From IMG/VR virus record IMGVR_UViG_3300038314_000675, positions 1 to 40,269 of that record: 40,269 nucleotides of DNA, one strand, 5' to 3'. A model generated the notes under the pieces. It saw only the letters and a program-made list of their open reading frames with translations. It searched no databases and was not told the origin of the DNA. The stretch is from a virus. Taxonomy: Duplodnaviria; Caudoviricetes. Positions 24,778 to 34,900 of this stretch are shown here, in pieces (the stretch's first letter is position 1; every line of letters starts with the position of its first letter). The position numbers were made by a program, and so were the translations under genes.

Positions 24778-25785
24778 ATGCCGATCAACACAGATCGCAA
24801 TTATGGTCAGGCTTTGACCATGAGTGTCGCGCAGCGGTCCTCGACCGTCCGTGACATCATTTACGACTCGACCCCGCTTACCCGCATCCTGAAGGATGAA
24901 GGGCGCATTCAGACGAAGCGCGCGGGCGGACCGGAACTTCGCATTCCGGTCGAATACGACAAGCTGTCGGCCCAGTGGTTCACTGGGTACGACAAGATTG
25001 CCATCACGCCGAAGGAGCTGGTCAACAGCGCGGTCTTCAACTGGTCGCGCGTCGTTGCCCCGTTCTCGCTGAACGGCACCGAAATGCTGTTCAATTCGAA
25101 CGAAGAAGAAATCATCGACCTGATGAGCTTCTACATCTCCGCGGCCGAACGCTCGGCCAAGGAAGAGTTCGAATCGAGCATGGTGGGCGATGGCACTGCC
25201 GACGGCGGGCGCCAGATGATCGGTTTCGGCGGGTCCATCCCGACCACGCCGAACACGGGCACCTATGGCGGCATCAACCGTGCCGACGTGGCCGAATGGC
25301 GCACCTCGTTCTTCGACGTGTCGGACGGTGACGTTACCGGCTACACGACCTGGGACAGCACCACGGCGCGCGGGATCATTTCGAAGATCACGCTCGACCG
25401 TTCGCGCGGTTCGCAGCGTCCCGACCTGTGGATCTTCGATTCCAACATGTGGGAATCGGTCGAAGCCTCGTTCGTGGCGCACCAGCGTTTCACCAGCGAT
25501 CGCATGACCCGGCTGGGCCTTTCGGGCCTGTCCTACATGACGGGCGCAGGCGCGGTCGACCTGGTCGCTGCTGGCGGCATCGGCAACGTCATGCCGGCGA
25601 ACACTGCGTTCGGCATCGACACCTCGTCGTTCTCGATCTACGAATTCCCCGGCCAGTCGTTCGTGCCGTTCCATCCCGGCGACGGGATGCGTCCGGTCAA
25701 CCAGGACGCGATGGCGCAGGGCATCGTGTGGACCGGTCAGCCGGTCGTCGAGAACCCGCTTTCCATGGTCCGGTTGCAGGTATAA
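24778..25785 (+). CDS. Major capsid protein
   Basis: 335 aa, follows the scaffold, strong codon bias, followed by a decoration-like gene and a terminator. Confidence 0.85.
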   Translation: MPINTDRNYGQALTMSVAQRSSTVRDIIYDSTPLTRILKDEGRIQTKRAGGPELRIPVEYDKLSAQWFTGYDKIAITPKELVNSAVFNWSRVVAPFSLNGTEMLFNSNEEEIIDLMSFYISAAERSAKEEFESSMVGDGTADGGRQMIGFGGSIPTTPNTGTYGGINRADVAEWRTSFFDVSDGDVTGYTTWDSTTARGIISKITLDRSRGSQRPDLWIFDSNMWESVEASFVAHQRFTSDRMTRLGLSGLSYMTGAGAVDLVAAGGIGNVMPANTAFGIDTSSFSIYEFPGQSFVPFHPGDGMRPVNQDAMAQGIVWTGQPVVENPLSMVRLQV

Positions 25786-25810
25786 CCGGGGCTGATACAG
25801 GAGAAATGAA

Positions 25811-26149
25811 ATGGCTGTAGCACAACCTTTCCGCACCACGGCCGCTCTTGGCCCCGATCTGACGCAGGTCGTCAAGGCCGGTTCGTGGTATGACAACGGC
25901 ATTCAGTCGCCCCAGCTGGGCGTCACCGAGCTTTCGAGCGACGGGCGCAAGGCAGTATGGGTCGAAGCTTCGGCAACCATTACGGTTGCTGCGGCGCCGG
26001 GCACGCAGGTTACCCTGACCGTCAACGGTGATGGGGACATCACTGCGGCGGCCGGCGCTGGCGGCTTTTATGCCCCGAACAGCGGCGATTACGATGGCAC
26101 CATTGTCAGCGGCGATCGTTTCTGGGCCCTCGAAGGCACCGCCCCCTAA
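25811..26149 (+). CDS. Capsid decoration/cement protein (putative)
   Basis: Small beta-rich A/G/T protein between the MCP and the terminator. AGGAG RBS. Confidence 0.6.
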   Translation: MAVAQPFRTTAALGPDLTQVVKAGSWYDNGIQSPQLGVTELSSDGRKAVWVEASATITVAAAPGTQVTLTVNGDGDITAAAGAGGFYAPNSGDYDGTIVSGDRFWALEGTAP

Positions 26150-26164
26150 GGGTCGCACACTGAG

Positions 26165-26188
26165 GGCGGGGCTTCGGCCCCGCCTTTT
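26165..26188 (+). terminator. Rho-independent terminator
   Basis: GGCGGGGC-TTCG-GCCCCGCC-TTTT (cUUCGg tetraloop). Confidence 0.85.
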
Positions 26189-26214
26189 CCCCTTTCAACA
26201 CCGGAGCAAACCCC

Positions 26215-26967
26215 ATGCATATCGCTGAAATCGACACGCGCGAGCTTTCCGTCACCCCGTTCTTCAAGATGGTGTCGGTCGAAAACGTCCCCCAGTCCAA
26301 GGCGAAAGGGTATCCGGTTCGCGTCGAACGCGAAATGGTCGAAGTCCGCGTGGCGGGCAACAAGCATTATTCCCCGCTGTTCCGCGCCGATGATTTCTGG
26401 AAGCGCGACGGCGATCGCGTCATCACCTATGCCGAACGCTGGCCCGAACAGTACCGCGCCTTCAAGGAAGGCGTTGGCCAGGAAGCTGACGGTACCCCGC
26501 TCGAGCTCCTGACGCCGCACGGCATCACCGCGCAGCAGATTTCGCTGTGCCGCGCGCTCAAGATCTACAGCATCGAATCGCTGCACGCGCTCGAAGGCCA
26601 GCAGGTCAAGACGCTGGGCATGAACGGCAACAAGCTCAAGGAAGCGGCCGGCGCGTTCATGGCAACCCGCAACAACGGCATCGACGCGGCCAAGGAACTG
26701 GCCGATCTGCGCGCACGTATTGCTGAGCTCGAAGGCACTTCCACCAGCGTGCCCACGCAGGAAGCCTCACCCGAAGAAATCGACGCCGAAATCGAAGCGG
26801 CTGACGCTGAATTCGCCGGCATGACCGATGCGGATCTGAAGGACGAAATCGGGAAGCTGGCCGGAAGCAAGCCGCGGGGCACCCCGTCGCGCGACACGCT
26901 CGAGAACAGCTTGCGCGAATTGCGCCATGTGGCGGCGGAAGCGAACAGCGAAGCCGAGGCCGCATAA
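26215..26967 (+). CDS. Conserved virion-module protein of unknown function
   Basis: GGAG RBS, 250 aa, C-terminal HeH-like helical segment. Confidence 0.75.
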   Translation: MHIAEIDTRELSVTPFFKMVSVENVPQSKAKGYPVRVEREMVEVRVAGNKHYSPLFRADDFWKRDGDRVITYAERWPEQYRAFKEGVGQEADGTPLELLTPHGITAQQISLCRALKIYSIESLHALEGQQVKTLGMNGNKLKEAAGAFMATRNNGIDAAKELADLRARIAELEGTSTSVPTQEASPEEIDAEIEAADAEFAGMTDADLKDEIGKLAGSKPRGTPSRDTLENSLRELRHVAAEANSEAEAA

Positions 26968-27662
26968 TGGCCATTCTTTCGGCCATGCAGTCGGCGGCCT
27001 TGCGGCTGGTCGGCAAGCGGCCGGAAGTGTTCTTTGGCGCCTCCGGTCAGTTCGAGCAGGAAATCACCGATCTGGCCAATGAGGTGGCGCAGGACGTTGC
27101 ACAGTACCGTGATTGGCAGGCGCTTGTGAAAGTGGCCACCATCACGGGCGACGGCACCACGACCGAATACAACCTGCCGGACGATTATGGCCGCATGACG
27201 CAGGCGTCGACCATCCAGGACCTGTCCAGCTGGTTCTGGGGGTATGAGCATGTGCAGGACATCAACTCGTTTCTGTATCTGCAGGAAACCGGCTTCACGG
27301 CAACGCCCGGTTCATGGATCATATACGGGGACAGGCTGCGCTTTGCCCCGGCGCCCGATTCAGCGCAGAATGCGTCCTATCCCTACATCACCAAGAATTA
27401 CGCGGTCGATTTCAGCACCGCGCCGAAGTCCGCGTTCACGCAGGACAATGACACCTTCCTGCTCCCCGAACGGCTGCTGACTCTGGGGCTGGTGTGGCGC
27501 TGGCGCGAGAACAAGAAGCTCGACGCCACCGGCGATCAGGAAGCTTTCATCAAGGCGCTCGACGAATACGGCTCGAAGGATGGCGGTAGCAGCGTATTGC
27601 GCTGGCGCTCGCGGCGCGCATTTCCCGGCACGCGGGTGGCGTGGCCGTGGACGCTAGGCTAG
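26967..27662 (+). CDS. Head-tail adaptor (tail tubular protein A-like)
   Basis: Position and size; WQAL, YNLPDDY and LL.LGL.WRW motifs typical of podovirus adaptors. Confidence 0.7.
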   Translation: MAILSAMQSAALRLVGKRPEVFFGASGQFEQEITDLANEVAQDVAQYRDWQALVKVATITGDGTTTEYNLPDDYGRMTQASTIQDLSSWFWGYEHVQDINSFLYLQETGFTATPGSWIIYGDRLRFAPAPDSAQNASYPYITKNYAVDFSTAPKSAFTQDNDTFLLPERLLTLGLVWRWRENKKLDATGDQEAFIKALDEYGSKDGGSSVLRWRSRRAFPGTRVAWPWTLG

Positions 27663-27671
27663 GCTGCGCCC

Positions 27672-29597
27672 ATGGCCTACGCACGACGCCCGACCCGCCC
27701 CAAGCCCCGTAACGCACAGACCCGCAAATGGCCTGCGCCGGTTGCCGGCTGGGTATCCAATCGAATGCTGTCCGATCCCAAGTCGATTGAGGGCCCGGGA
27801 GCTGCGGTGCTCGACAATTTCTTTCCGCGCGCGACCGGGGTCGCACTGCGACGCGGCAAAGCGCGGTATGCCACGCTGGTGGACAAGGAACTCGATGTCG
27901 AATCCCTGTTCACCTATCACAATGGCACTGTCGAACGCATGTTCGCGGCCAACGCGACGACGATCTATGACGTGTCCAGCGTCGTGTTTCCCGAACCGCT
28001 CGACCTGGCAACTGAAACCAGCCCGACCGATGACGTCGACACGCTGGGCGATGGTACTGGCGATGTTTTCGGCTGGGATAGCACCGCGGGGCTCGAGGTT
28101 TCGGAAGGGTACACCTCCGGCCAGTGGTCAGTCATCCAATTCGCCACGACGGGAGGGATTTTCCTGATCGGCGTGAACGGCGAAGACACCGGCTTTATCT
28201 ATGACGGGACGCGCTTCTATCCGAACATTGCGGGCGGCCTGTGGTGGCTGGCATTCGACACGGAAAGCGGCGCGTTCACCGTGGGCGAAACCGTCACCGG
28301 TGGGACGTCCGGCGCGACTGGCGTTATCGTGGAGGTGGACAGCGACGGCTCGGCCGGTACGCTGCTACTGCGCGACGTTACCGGAACCTTCGAAGACGAT
28401 GAAGCATTGACCGACGGCGCGACCGGCGCGGCCACGGCCGACGGCACGCAAACCAGCGCGGTGCCTGGCATGGATTTCGGGGACCTAACCAGCGCCGATA
28501 TGTCGTTCGTTTGGGCCTACAAGAACCGGCTGTATTTTACCGAAAAGGAAAGCCTGTCCGCGTGGTATCTGCCTGTCGACAGCATCGGCGGCACGGCCAC
28601 CGAATTCCCGATGGGCGGTGTTTTTTCCAACGGCGGCGCACTGATGTTCGGGCAGCGGTGGTCGCTTGAGGCGGGCGGTTCCGGCGGCTTGTCCGAACAG
28701 AACATTTTCGTCACGACCGAAGGCGAGGTCGCCATTTATCAAGGGTCGTTCCCGGGCGATGCGTCGACTTGGGGGCTGGTCGGCGTGTACCGCATCGGAT
28801 CCCCGCTGGGCCGGCGCGCATACCTACGCGGGGGCGGTGACTTGGCGATCGCCACGACCGTGGGGCTGGTGCCGCTGTCGAAAGCCATTTCGCTTGATGT
28901 GACCGCGCTCAACGTCGCCACGATCAGCTACAAGATTGCCGACGCCTGGACCGATGCGGTGCGGCTGCGGGGCGAGCAAAACTGGCAGTGCATGATCTGG
29001 CCGGAAAAGAAGATGGCGCTGATCGCGCTGCCCGACATGATTGGCTCGAGCGATCCGGTGATGTTTGTCAGCAACACCGAGACGGGCGCATGGGGCCGCT
29101 ATACCAACTGGCAGGGCCTGTGCATGACCGTGTTCGGCGGCCAGCTTTATTTCGGTTCCCCGAACGGCGAAATCTACCAGGCGGAAGTCGGCGGGCTGGA
29201 TGACGGCGAAACCTATTCCGGCGCGGTCGTCCCGCTGTTCGACGACATGGAATTTTCCGCAGGCGCCAAGGTCGGCAAAATGGCCCGCGCCCGCGTGCGC
29301 GCCTCTACCGAGATTGTGGACAGCGTATCGCTGCTGGCGGATTTCGATATTTCTTTGCCCCCCGCACCGGATGCCACGCCGGTTTTTGCTTCGAACCAAT
29401 GGGGCACCGGTGTGTGGGGGCAATCCGTCTGGGGCTCGGCTGTGCCGAACGTCCTTAACCAACCGTGGCGCTCCGCGGGGACGATCGGCTATTCGATCGC
29501 GCCTTGCTATCAGGTGACAAGCGGGGCGCCCGCGCCGCTTGATGTCGAGTTGATCGACTTCGAAACGCTCTACAACATTGCCGAGGCGGTTACTTAG
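27672..29597 (+). CDS. Tail nozzle / packaged-DNA stabilization protein
   Basis: 641-aa beta-rich protein (PAPVAGW, LDNFFP, YKNRLYF) after the adaptor. Confidence 0.7.
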   Translation: MAYARRPTRPKPRNAQTRKWPAPVAGWVSNRMLSDPKSIEGPGAAVLDNFFPRATGVALRRGKARYATLVDKELDVESLFTYHNGTVERMFAANATTIYDVSSVVFPEPLDLATETSPTDDVDTLGDGTGDVFGWDSTAGLEVSEGYTSGQWSVIQFATTGGIFLIGVNGEDTGFIYDGTRFYPNIAGGLWWLAFDTESGAFTVGETVTGGTSGATGVIVEVDSDGSAGTLLLRDVTGTFEDDEALTDGATGAATADGTQTSAVPGMDFGDLTSADMSFVWAYKNRLYFTEKESLSAWYLPVDSIGGTATEFPMGGVFSNGGALMFGQRWSLEAGGSGGLSEQNIFVTTEGEVAIYQGSFPGDASTWGLVGVYRIGSPLGRRAYLRGGGDLAIATTVGLVPLSKAISLDVTALNVATISYKIADAWTDAVRLRGEQNWQCMIWPEKKMALIALPDMIGSSDPVMFVSNTETGAWGRYTNWQGLCMTVFGGQLYFGSPNGEIYQAEVGGLDDGETYSGAVVPLFDDMEFSAGAKVGKMARARVRASTEIVDSVSLLADFDISLPPAPDATPVFASNQWGTGVWGQSVWGSAVPNVLNQPWRSAGTIGYSIAPCYQVTSGAPAPLDVELIDFETLYNIAEAVT

Positions 29598-29613
29598 GGG
29601 TAGCCTGCCTCGC

Positions 29614-30027
29614 ATGGCAATCACCTTGGCAAGCGGCGATCGCGTCGCGCAATTCGTTTCCGATCGGCTGGGTATGGCCCTATGCCCGCCCTTTACGGCG
29701 TTGGGGCTCGAGCGCGATGGCGTACTCATTGGCGGCGCGCTGTTCAATTCCTTCGAAGGCGCTGACGTCCATGTCACGGTTGCCGGGCGTGGGTGGACGC
29801 GCGGCTTTCTGCGCGCGGTGGGGCATTACGTCTTCGAACAGATCGGCTGTTGCCGGATGACGTTCACCAGCGAGCACCGGCCCGTGATCAAGTATGCCTG
29901 CCGCCTTGGCGGGCAAATCGAAGGCGCGCTGCGCGATCATTACGGCCCCGGGCGCGACGGTGTGATAGTGGGGGTCTTGCGGCGGGAGTGGAAGTTCGGT
30001 AAGGATGGTGCGTCCAAGCGCGGTTGA
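29614..30027 (+). CDS. GNAT-fold acetyltransferase-like tail assembly protein
   Basis: YVFEQIGCCRMT...RLGGQIEGALRDHYG resembles RimJ/RimL GNAT. Typical position between nozzle and ejection genes. Confidence 0.7.
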   Translation: MAITLASGDRVAQFVSDRLGMALCPPFTALGLERDGVLIGGALFNSFEGADVHVTVAGRGWTRGFLRAVGHYVFEQIGCCRMTFTSEHRPVIKYACRLGGQIEGALRDHYGPGRDGVIVGVLRREWKFGKDGASKRG

Positions 30028-30065
30028 ACTCCCTCACGCGCTTTCCGGTAATGGAAAGCGAGAGT
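30016..30065 (+). promoter_or_regulatory. Structured leader element, copy 1 (candidate cis-regulatory RNA)
   Basis: 26-nt identity (30018-30043) with 35637-35662. Two overlapping hairpins directly before ATG 30066. Confidence 0.6.
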
Positions 30066-30884
30066 ATGAAGACCCCCAAGCCGCCCCCCGCTCCCGATCC
30101 CGTAAAGACTGCGCAGGCACAGGCCGGGGTCAACCTGTCCACTGCCATGGCGCAGCAGAACATGAACATGATCGGGCAGGTGAACCCGTGGGGCACGGTC
30201 AATTATACCCAGAACGGCAACACGCGGTTCCGCGATAGCTTCGGCAACTGGGTTGAAATTCCGCAATATACGCAGACCACGACGTTCACGCCCGAACAGC
30301 AGGCGATCTTCGACAAGTCGCAGGGCGCGCAATCGAACCTTGCAGGCATCGCGCAGGACCAGTCCGCGCGCATTGCCGATACGCTTTCGGATCCGTTCGA
30401 ATTCAATAACCAGGACGCGGCAGACTGGGCCTATGATCTGTCCATGTCGCGCCTGCGTCCTGAAATGGAAAACCGGCAGGAAGCCCTGCGGTCGCAACTG
30501 ATCAACTCGGGCCTGCGCCCGGGAACCGACGCCTACGGCACCGAAATGAGCCGCATCGGGCAGGTTGACAACGACATGATGAACCAGCTGATGCTGCAGG
30601 GACGCGGGCAGGCGTTCTCCGAACAGCTGGCCACGCGCAATCAGCCGCTGAACGAATTGTCGGCGCTGCTGTCCGGTTCGCAGGTATCGAATCCCGCTGG
30701 CATGTCTGGCCCCACCCCGCAGACCAGCGTGGGCGGTGTCGATTACAGCGGCATGGTGCAGAACAATTACAACAACCAGATGCAGCAATATAACGCGCAG
30801 ATGCAGAACCGCGGCGGAATGCTCGGCGGCCTGTTCGGGCTGGCTGGTTCACTGGGCGGCGCTGCCATCCGTGGGGGTTTCTGA
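30066..30884 (+). CDS. Internal virion / DNA ejection protein
   Basis: KTPKPPPAPDP N-terminus, Q/N/G-rich, C-terminal Gly-rich hydrophobic segment (GGMLGGLFGLAGSLGG). Confidence 0.65.
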   Translation: MKTPKPPPAPDPVKTAQAQAGVNLSTAMAQQNMNMIGQVNPWGTVNYTQNGNTRFRDSFGNWVEIPQYTQTTTFTPEQQAIFDKSQGAQSNLAGIAQDQSARIADTLSDPFEFNNQDAADWAYDLSMSRLRPEMENRQEALRSQLINSGLRPGTDAYGTEMSRIGQVDNDMMNQLMLQGRGQAFSEQLATRNQPLNELSALLSGSQVSNPAGMSGPTPQTSVGGVDYSGMVQNNYNNQMQQYNAQMQNRGGMLGGLFGLAGSLGGAAIRGGF

Positions 30885-31600
30885 TGGCTTTGGCGCCCAT
30901 CCCGGCTGGCGTTGCGCAGGTTGTCGATCCTGTCGCCCAGGCGCTGACGCCCGCCGAGCCCTTCGTGTGGGGGCACGGGGGGCTGAAGATGACGCCGCAG
31001 CAAGCGGCAATGATGCGCGAACGCGGCCAACAACGGATGCGCGGCGATTATTCGCCCGTGCAGCATTGGACGCAGGGCCTTGCCCGCGTGGCTGACAACG
31101 TGCTGGGCGCACTTGAGGCCAAGAAAGCAGACAAGGCGCTCGAGGAAGGCGCGGCTGCCGATCGCGCGCTAATGGAAGCTATGGTGTCGGGCGGTGTCGA
31201 TGACAGCATGATCGCCCGCGCGCTGATGGATCCGAACGTGGGCGAAGGCGTGCGCCAGTTTGCGGGCATGGAATACCAGCGGAGGCAGCCGGCCAAGGCG
31301 CCCGCGCCCACCGATATTGAAAAGCTGATGATGGCGCGCGGTATCGAGCGCGGTTCCGATGTGTGGAACAAGACGCTTGACGCGGCGATCACTGGCAAAA
31401 CCGATCCTTTCACCGTGCTGCAGACCGGAACGGGGACGTTCATGGGCCCGCAGTCACTTGTCCAACAGGCTTTGCAGGAAGGAGGTGGTCCTACATCTGG
31501 GGCGCCGGCTGGGGGTGAGCCCCCGGCGGTGCTTCCCCCCGATTTCTTCGACGACAACGGGGGAGGTGGTGGCGGCAACGTCACCGATCCCTTTCGCTGA
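30884..31600 (+). CDS. Internal virion / DNA ejection protein
   Basis: TGATG-coupled, WTQGLARVA motif, ends with a Gly linker and DPFR*. Confidence 0.65.
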   Translation: MALAPIPAGVAQVVDPVAQALTPAEPFVWGHGGLKMTPQQAAMMRERGQQRMRGDYSPVQHWTQGLARVADNVLGALEAKKADKALEEGAAADRALMEAMVSGGVDDSMIARALMDPNVGEGVRQFAGMEYQRRQPAKAPAPTDIEKLMMARGIERGSDVWNKTLDAAITGKTDPFTVLQTGTGTFMGPQSLVQQALQEGGGPTSGAPAGGEPPAVLPPDFFDDNGGGGGGNVTDPFR

Positions 31601-31982
31601 TGCCTCGCGGCTCGACGCCATCACCATGCAAGCGGAAAGCGGCGGCCGCCGATATGGCACCGGCGGCGGATTGCTTCGGTCGCCCGTCGGCGCAATGGGT
31701 GAAATGCAGGTTATGCCCGCCACCGCACGCGACCCGGGCTTCGGCATCCGCCCGTGGGATGGTTCGTCGCCCGACGACTTGGCGCGCGTTGGCCGGGACT
31801 ATCGCCGCGCGATGGAACGCCGCTATGATAGCGACCCGGCGAAAATGTGGGCGGCTTACAACGCTGGCCCCGGGCGCGTCGATGATCTGCTCGAGCGGTA
31901 TGGTAACGACTGGCTCCGCTATGCGCCCGCTGAAACCCGCAATTACGTGACGCGCAATCTCCGCGCATTGAAAGGCAGCTGA
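31566..31982 (+). CDS. Lytic transglycosylase (SLT) domain; start unclear, possibly frameshift-fused to the upstream gene
   Basis: AESGG (catalytic Glu), GAMGEMQVMPATA, AAYNAGPG and ETRNYV motifs. Confidence 0.85.
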   Translation: MVAATSPIPFADASRLDAITMQAESGGRRYGTGGGLLRSPVGAMGEMQVMPATARDPGFGIRPWDGSSPDDLARVGRDYRRAMERRYDSDPAKMWAAYNAGPGRVDDLLERYGNDWLRYAPAETRNYVTRNLRALKGS

Positions 31983-34900
31983 TGGCTGAAACGAAAGAAT
32001 ACGGCGGCTTCACCTACGTTCGGCAGGCCGATGGTTCGTGGGCGCGCCAGGATCAGCCCCAGGTGTTCTACCAAGATCCGTCGGCGGTGCGCGGTGAACA
32101 GCGCGCTGACGAAGATCAGGCGATGGAACGCGAGCGTCTGCGCATGGCGCGGGAAGAGGCTGCGCGCTCTGCGCGAGCGGAAACCCGCACCGAAGCGGAA
32201 TTCGCGCAAGAACAGGCCGAAGCCGCAGAGTTGCAGAGAACGCAGGCAGCATCGGACCGCAACCGGCTCGCGCAGATTTCCGCGATTCTCGACACGATTG
32301 ATCGTCTGGAAGCCCAGACCGGTGATGGGAGCGGAATTGGCAGCATTGAGGGTCAAGAAGACTTCCGCACTGGCGATCGTTATATGGGCGCTTCGCAGTT
32401 CTTCAATCAGGATGCGAACACCGTGTACGGCCTGCTCGAGCAGGTGCAGGGCGACATGACGCAGCAAGTGCTGGCACAGCTTGTCAAGGACAACGGTGGG
32501 ACTGGTGCCAGCGGTATGGCCAACACGGCTGCGGAAGCGGCGCGCATGGCTGCGGCCATCGCTCCACTCAACCAGAACATGGATCCTACGCAATTCGCAG
32601 CGGGGCTCAAGAAGGCGCGAGAATACTACGAGCGGCTGCAGTCGTCCTTGGCGGGTGAAGACCAAGCACCCAACCTGCCCGAAATGAGCGAAGAATATCA
32701 GCGCGAATTGACCGGGAACCCTCCCCCCGCCGATCGCACGCTGGCCGGACAGGGTGCGACCACGACGACCTATGAACTGCCGCAGGAATACCAGGACCGG
32801 CACGCGGCCTATCTGCGCCAGAACTGGGGCAACATCACGCCGGACGGCTACGCGCAGTTTCGCGCGGGGCTTGACAATGAGTTTCCGGACGTAGCTTCGC
32901 CCGACCTCGAAGCGTACCGCGCGATTGCGCCTGCATTCAATCAGGCGGCGGCGGAAGGGCAGCTTCCCGAAGACATGGGCGCGGTGCCCGGCGCGGAGCG
33001 CGAGCTTTCGGGGCTCGAACAGGGCGTCAACAATTTCGTCACGGATCCGCTGGGGACGGGACTCACTTCGGCCATCAACAGCGCGACCTTCGGTGTGCCC
33101 GACCGGCTGGCCGGACGCCGCCTTCAGGCCGCTCAGGAATTGAACCCGAAGGCGGCGTTCGCTGGCGATCTTCTGGGCGGTACGGTTGGTTCGAGCCTCG
33201 GCATCGCAGGTGCCACGATGGCAGGCGCCGGCCGGTTTGCTCCGCTGGTCGGGGACGCGCTTTATGGCACCACGTTTGGCGCACTGTCGGACGATGACCC
33301 GGTGACGGGTGCGCTGATCGGCGGCGCGGGGGCGCTGGTTGGCGATCAGGTCGGGAAATATGGCGGCCGGGCGATTGCTCGGATGCGCTCGCCGGACGAT
33401 CCACTGTCGGAAGGCGGCCGCGCGATCATGGAAACCGTGGGCGATCAGGACGAAGTGATCGACGCGCTGACCCGCGCGCAAACGCTTGGCGTGCCGATGA
33501 CGCTGGCCGATGCTTCGCCGGAACTGCAATCGCTGGCGGGCTCGGCTGTGCGCTTCTCGCCCACCACGGCGGGGCAGGCGCGGCAAACCATGGCGATGCG
33601 CAACGAGGGGCAGCTTGACCGGCTAGCCGAAGCTGTAGAACGCGACCTCGGGCCGGTGTCGAACATTCCGCAGCGCAGCGCAGACCTTTCCGCGCAGGCC
33701 AAGGCGAACGCCGGGCCGCTGTATGATTATGCCTATGACGCGCCCGGCGCGGCCGATGTCGACATCATGGACCTGATGGGCCGGCCGACGTTCAAGGCCG
33801 CGATGAAGGAAGCGTATCGCGAAGCGGCTGACGAAGGTGTCGATCCCAGCATTCTCGGTTTCGTCATGGACGAAGCCGGCGAGGTGGGGATTAATCCCGA
33901 TGCGTTCGGCGGTGTTCGCCGCGCAACGGTGAATGCTGAAAGCAATATCCTGCAGCCGCGCACGATTCGCGCCTATGGCGGCCGCGAAGTGGTCAAGCAA
34001 GGTCCTCTAGATCTTGTGGGGTGGCTCCGCACGCAAGGCGGCCTGCGTGATAGCGGCGGCGAGCTCTCGAGCATGGGGCTGACGAATAAGGCGCGCGGCA
34101 AAGGCGCTGAATTGGTCGGGCGCGAATCGGAATTCGGGCCGCTGGTCAATCCCGAAGACGGGATGGATTTCGACACGGCCGCGCTTTACGCTTGGGAAGC
34201 CGGTTATTTCCCCGAACTGAGCGAACGGCCGGACATCAACACGTTTCTTGACGCCATGCGCGACACCGCGGACGGTGTTTCGCAGCGGTTCAAGGTCGAC
34301 GATCTGCCCGAAGTCGAAGCATTCCGCGCAGCGCGTGGCAGCAATAACGAAATCCGCAACGCAAACGCCTTGGATGGCGGCATGTGGGAGGATGTTTCGC
34401 AGCCGGCAGGGATGCGCGAGGCTGCGCCTGCCGAAGCTTATGGCAGCGAACAGGTCGTGGGGCTCGACTGGCGCGGGCTCGATTATATCAAGCGCGGGCT
34501 CGACAATGTGATCGAAAGCAACACGTCGAAAATCGACGGCGCCAATCCCGACGCGCGCCGTGCGGCGATCATGAAAAACACGCTCGTGGGCCGAATGGAT
34601 GCGATCAATCCTGAATATGCCGCTGCGCGGCAGGCTTATGCCGGCCCGATGCAGGAACGCGCGTTCCTTTCGCGCGGCCAAGACGCCATCACCGCGCGCC
34701 CCGATGAACTGTCGGTCGAACTGGCGAACCTGACACCGGAGCAGCGCCAGCAAATGCAGCTGGGTTTCCAGTCGGAAATCATGGGCCGTGCGGGCAACCT
34801 GCGGAACAACAGCAACCCGTGGGCGCAGATCAACACGCCGAACGCGGAAGGGCGCATGGGCGCGCTGTATGAAGGCACCGAAGATGCCGACATCGCGCGG

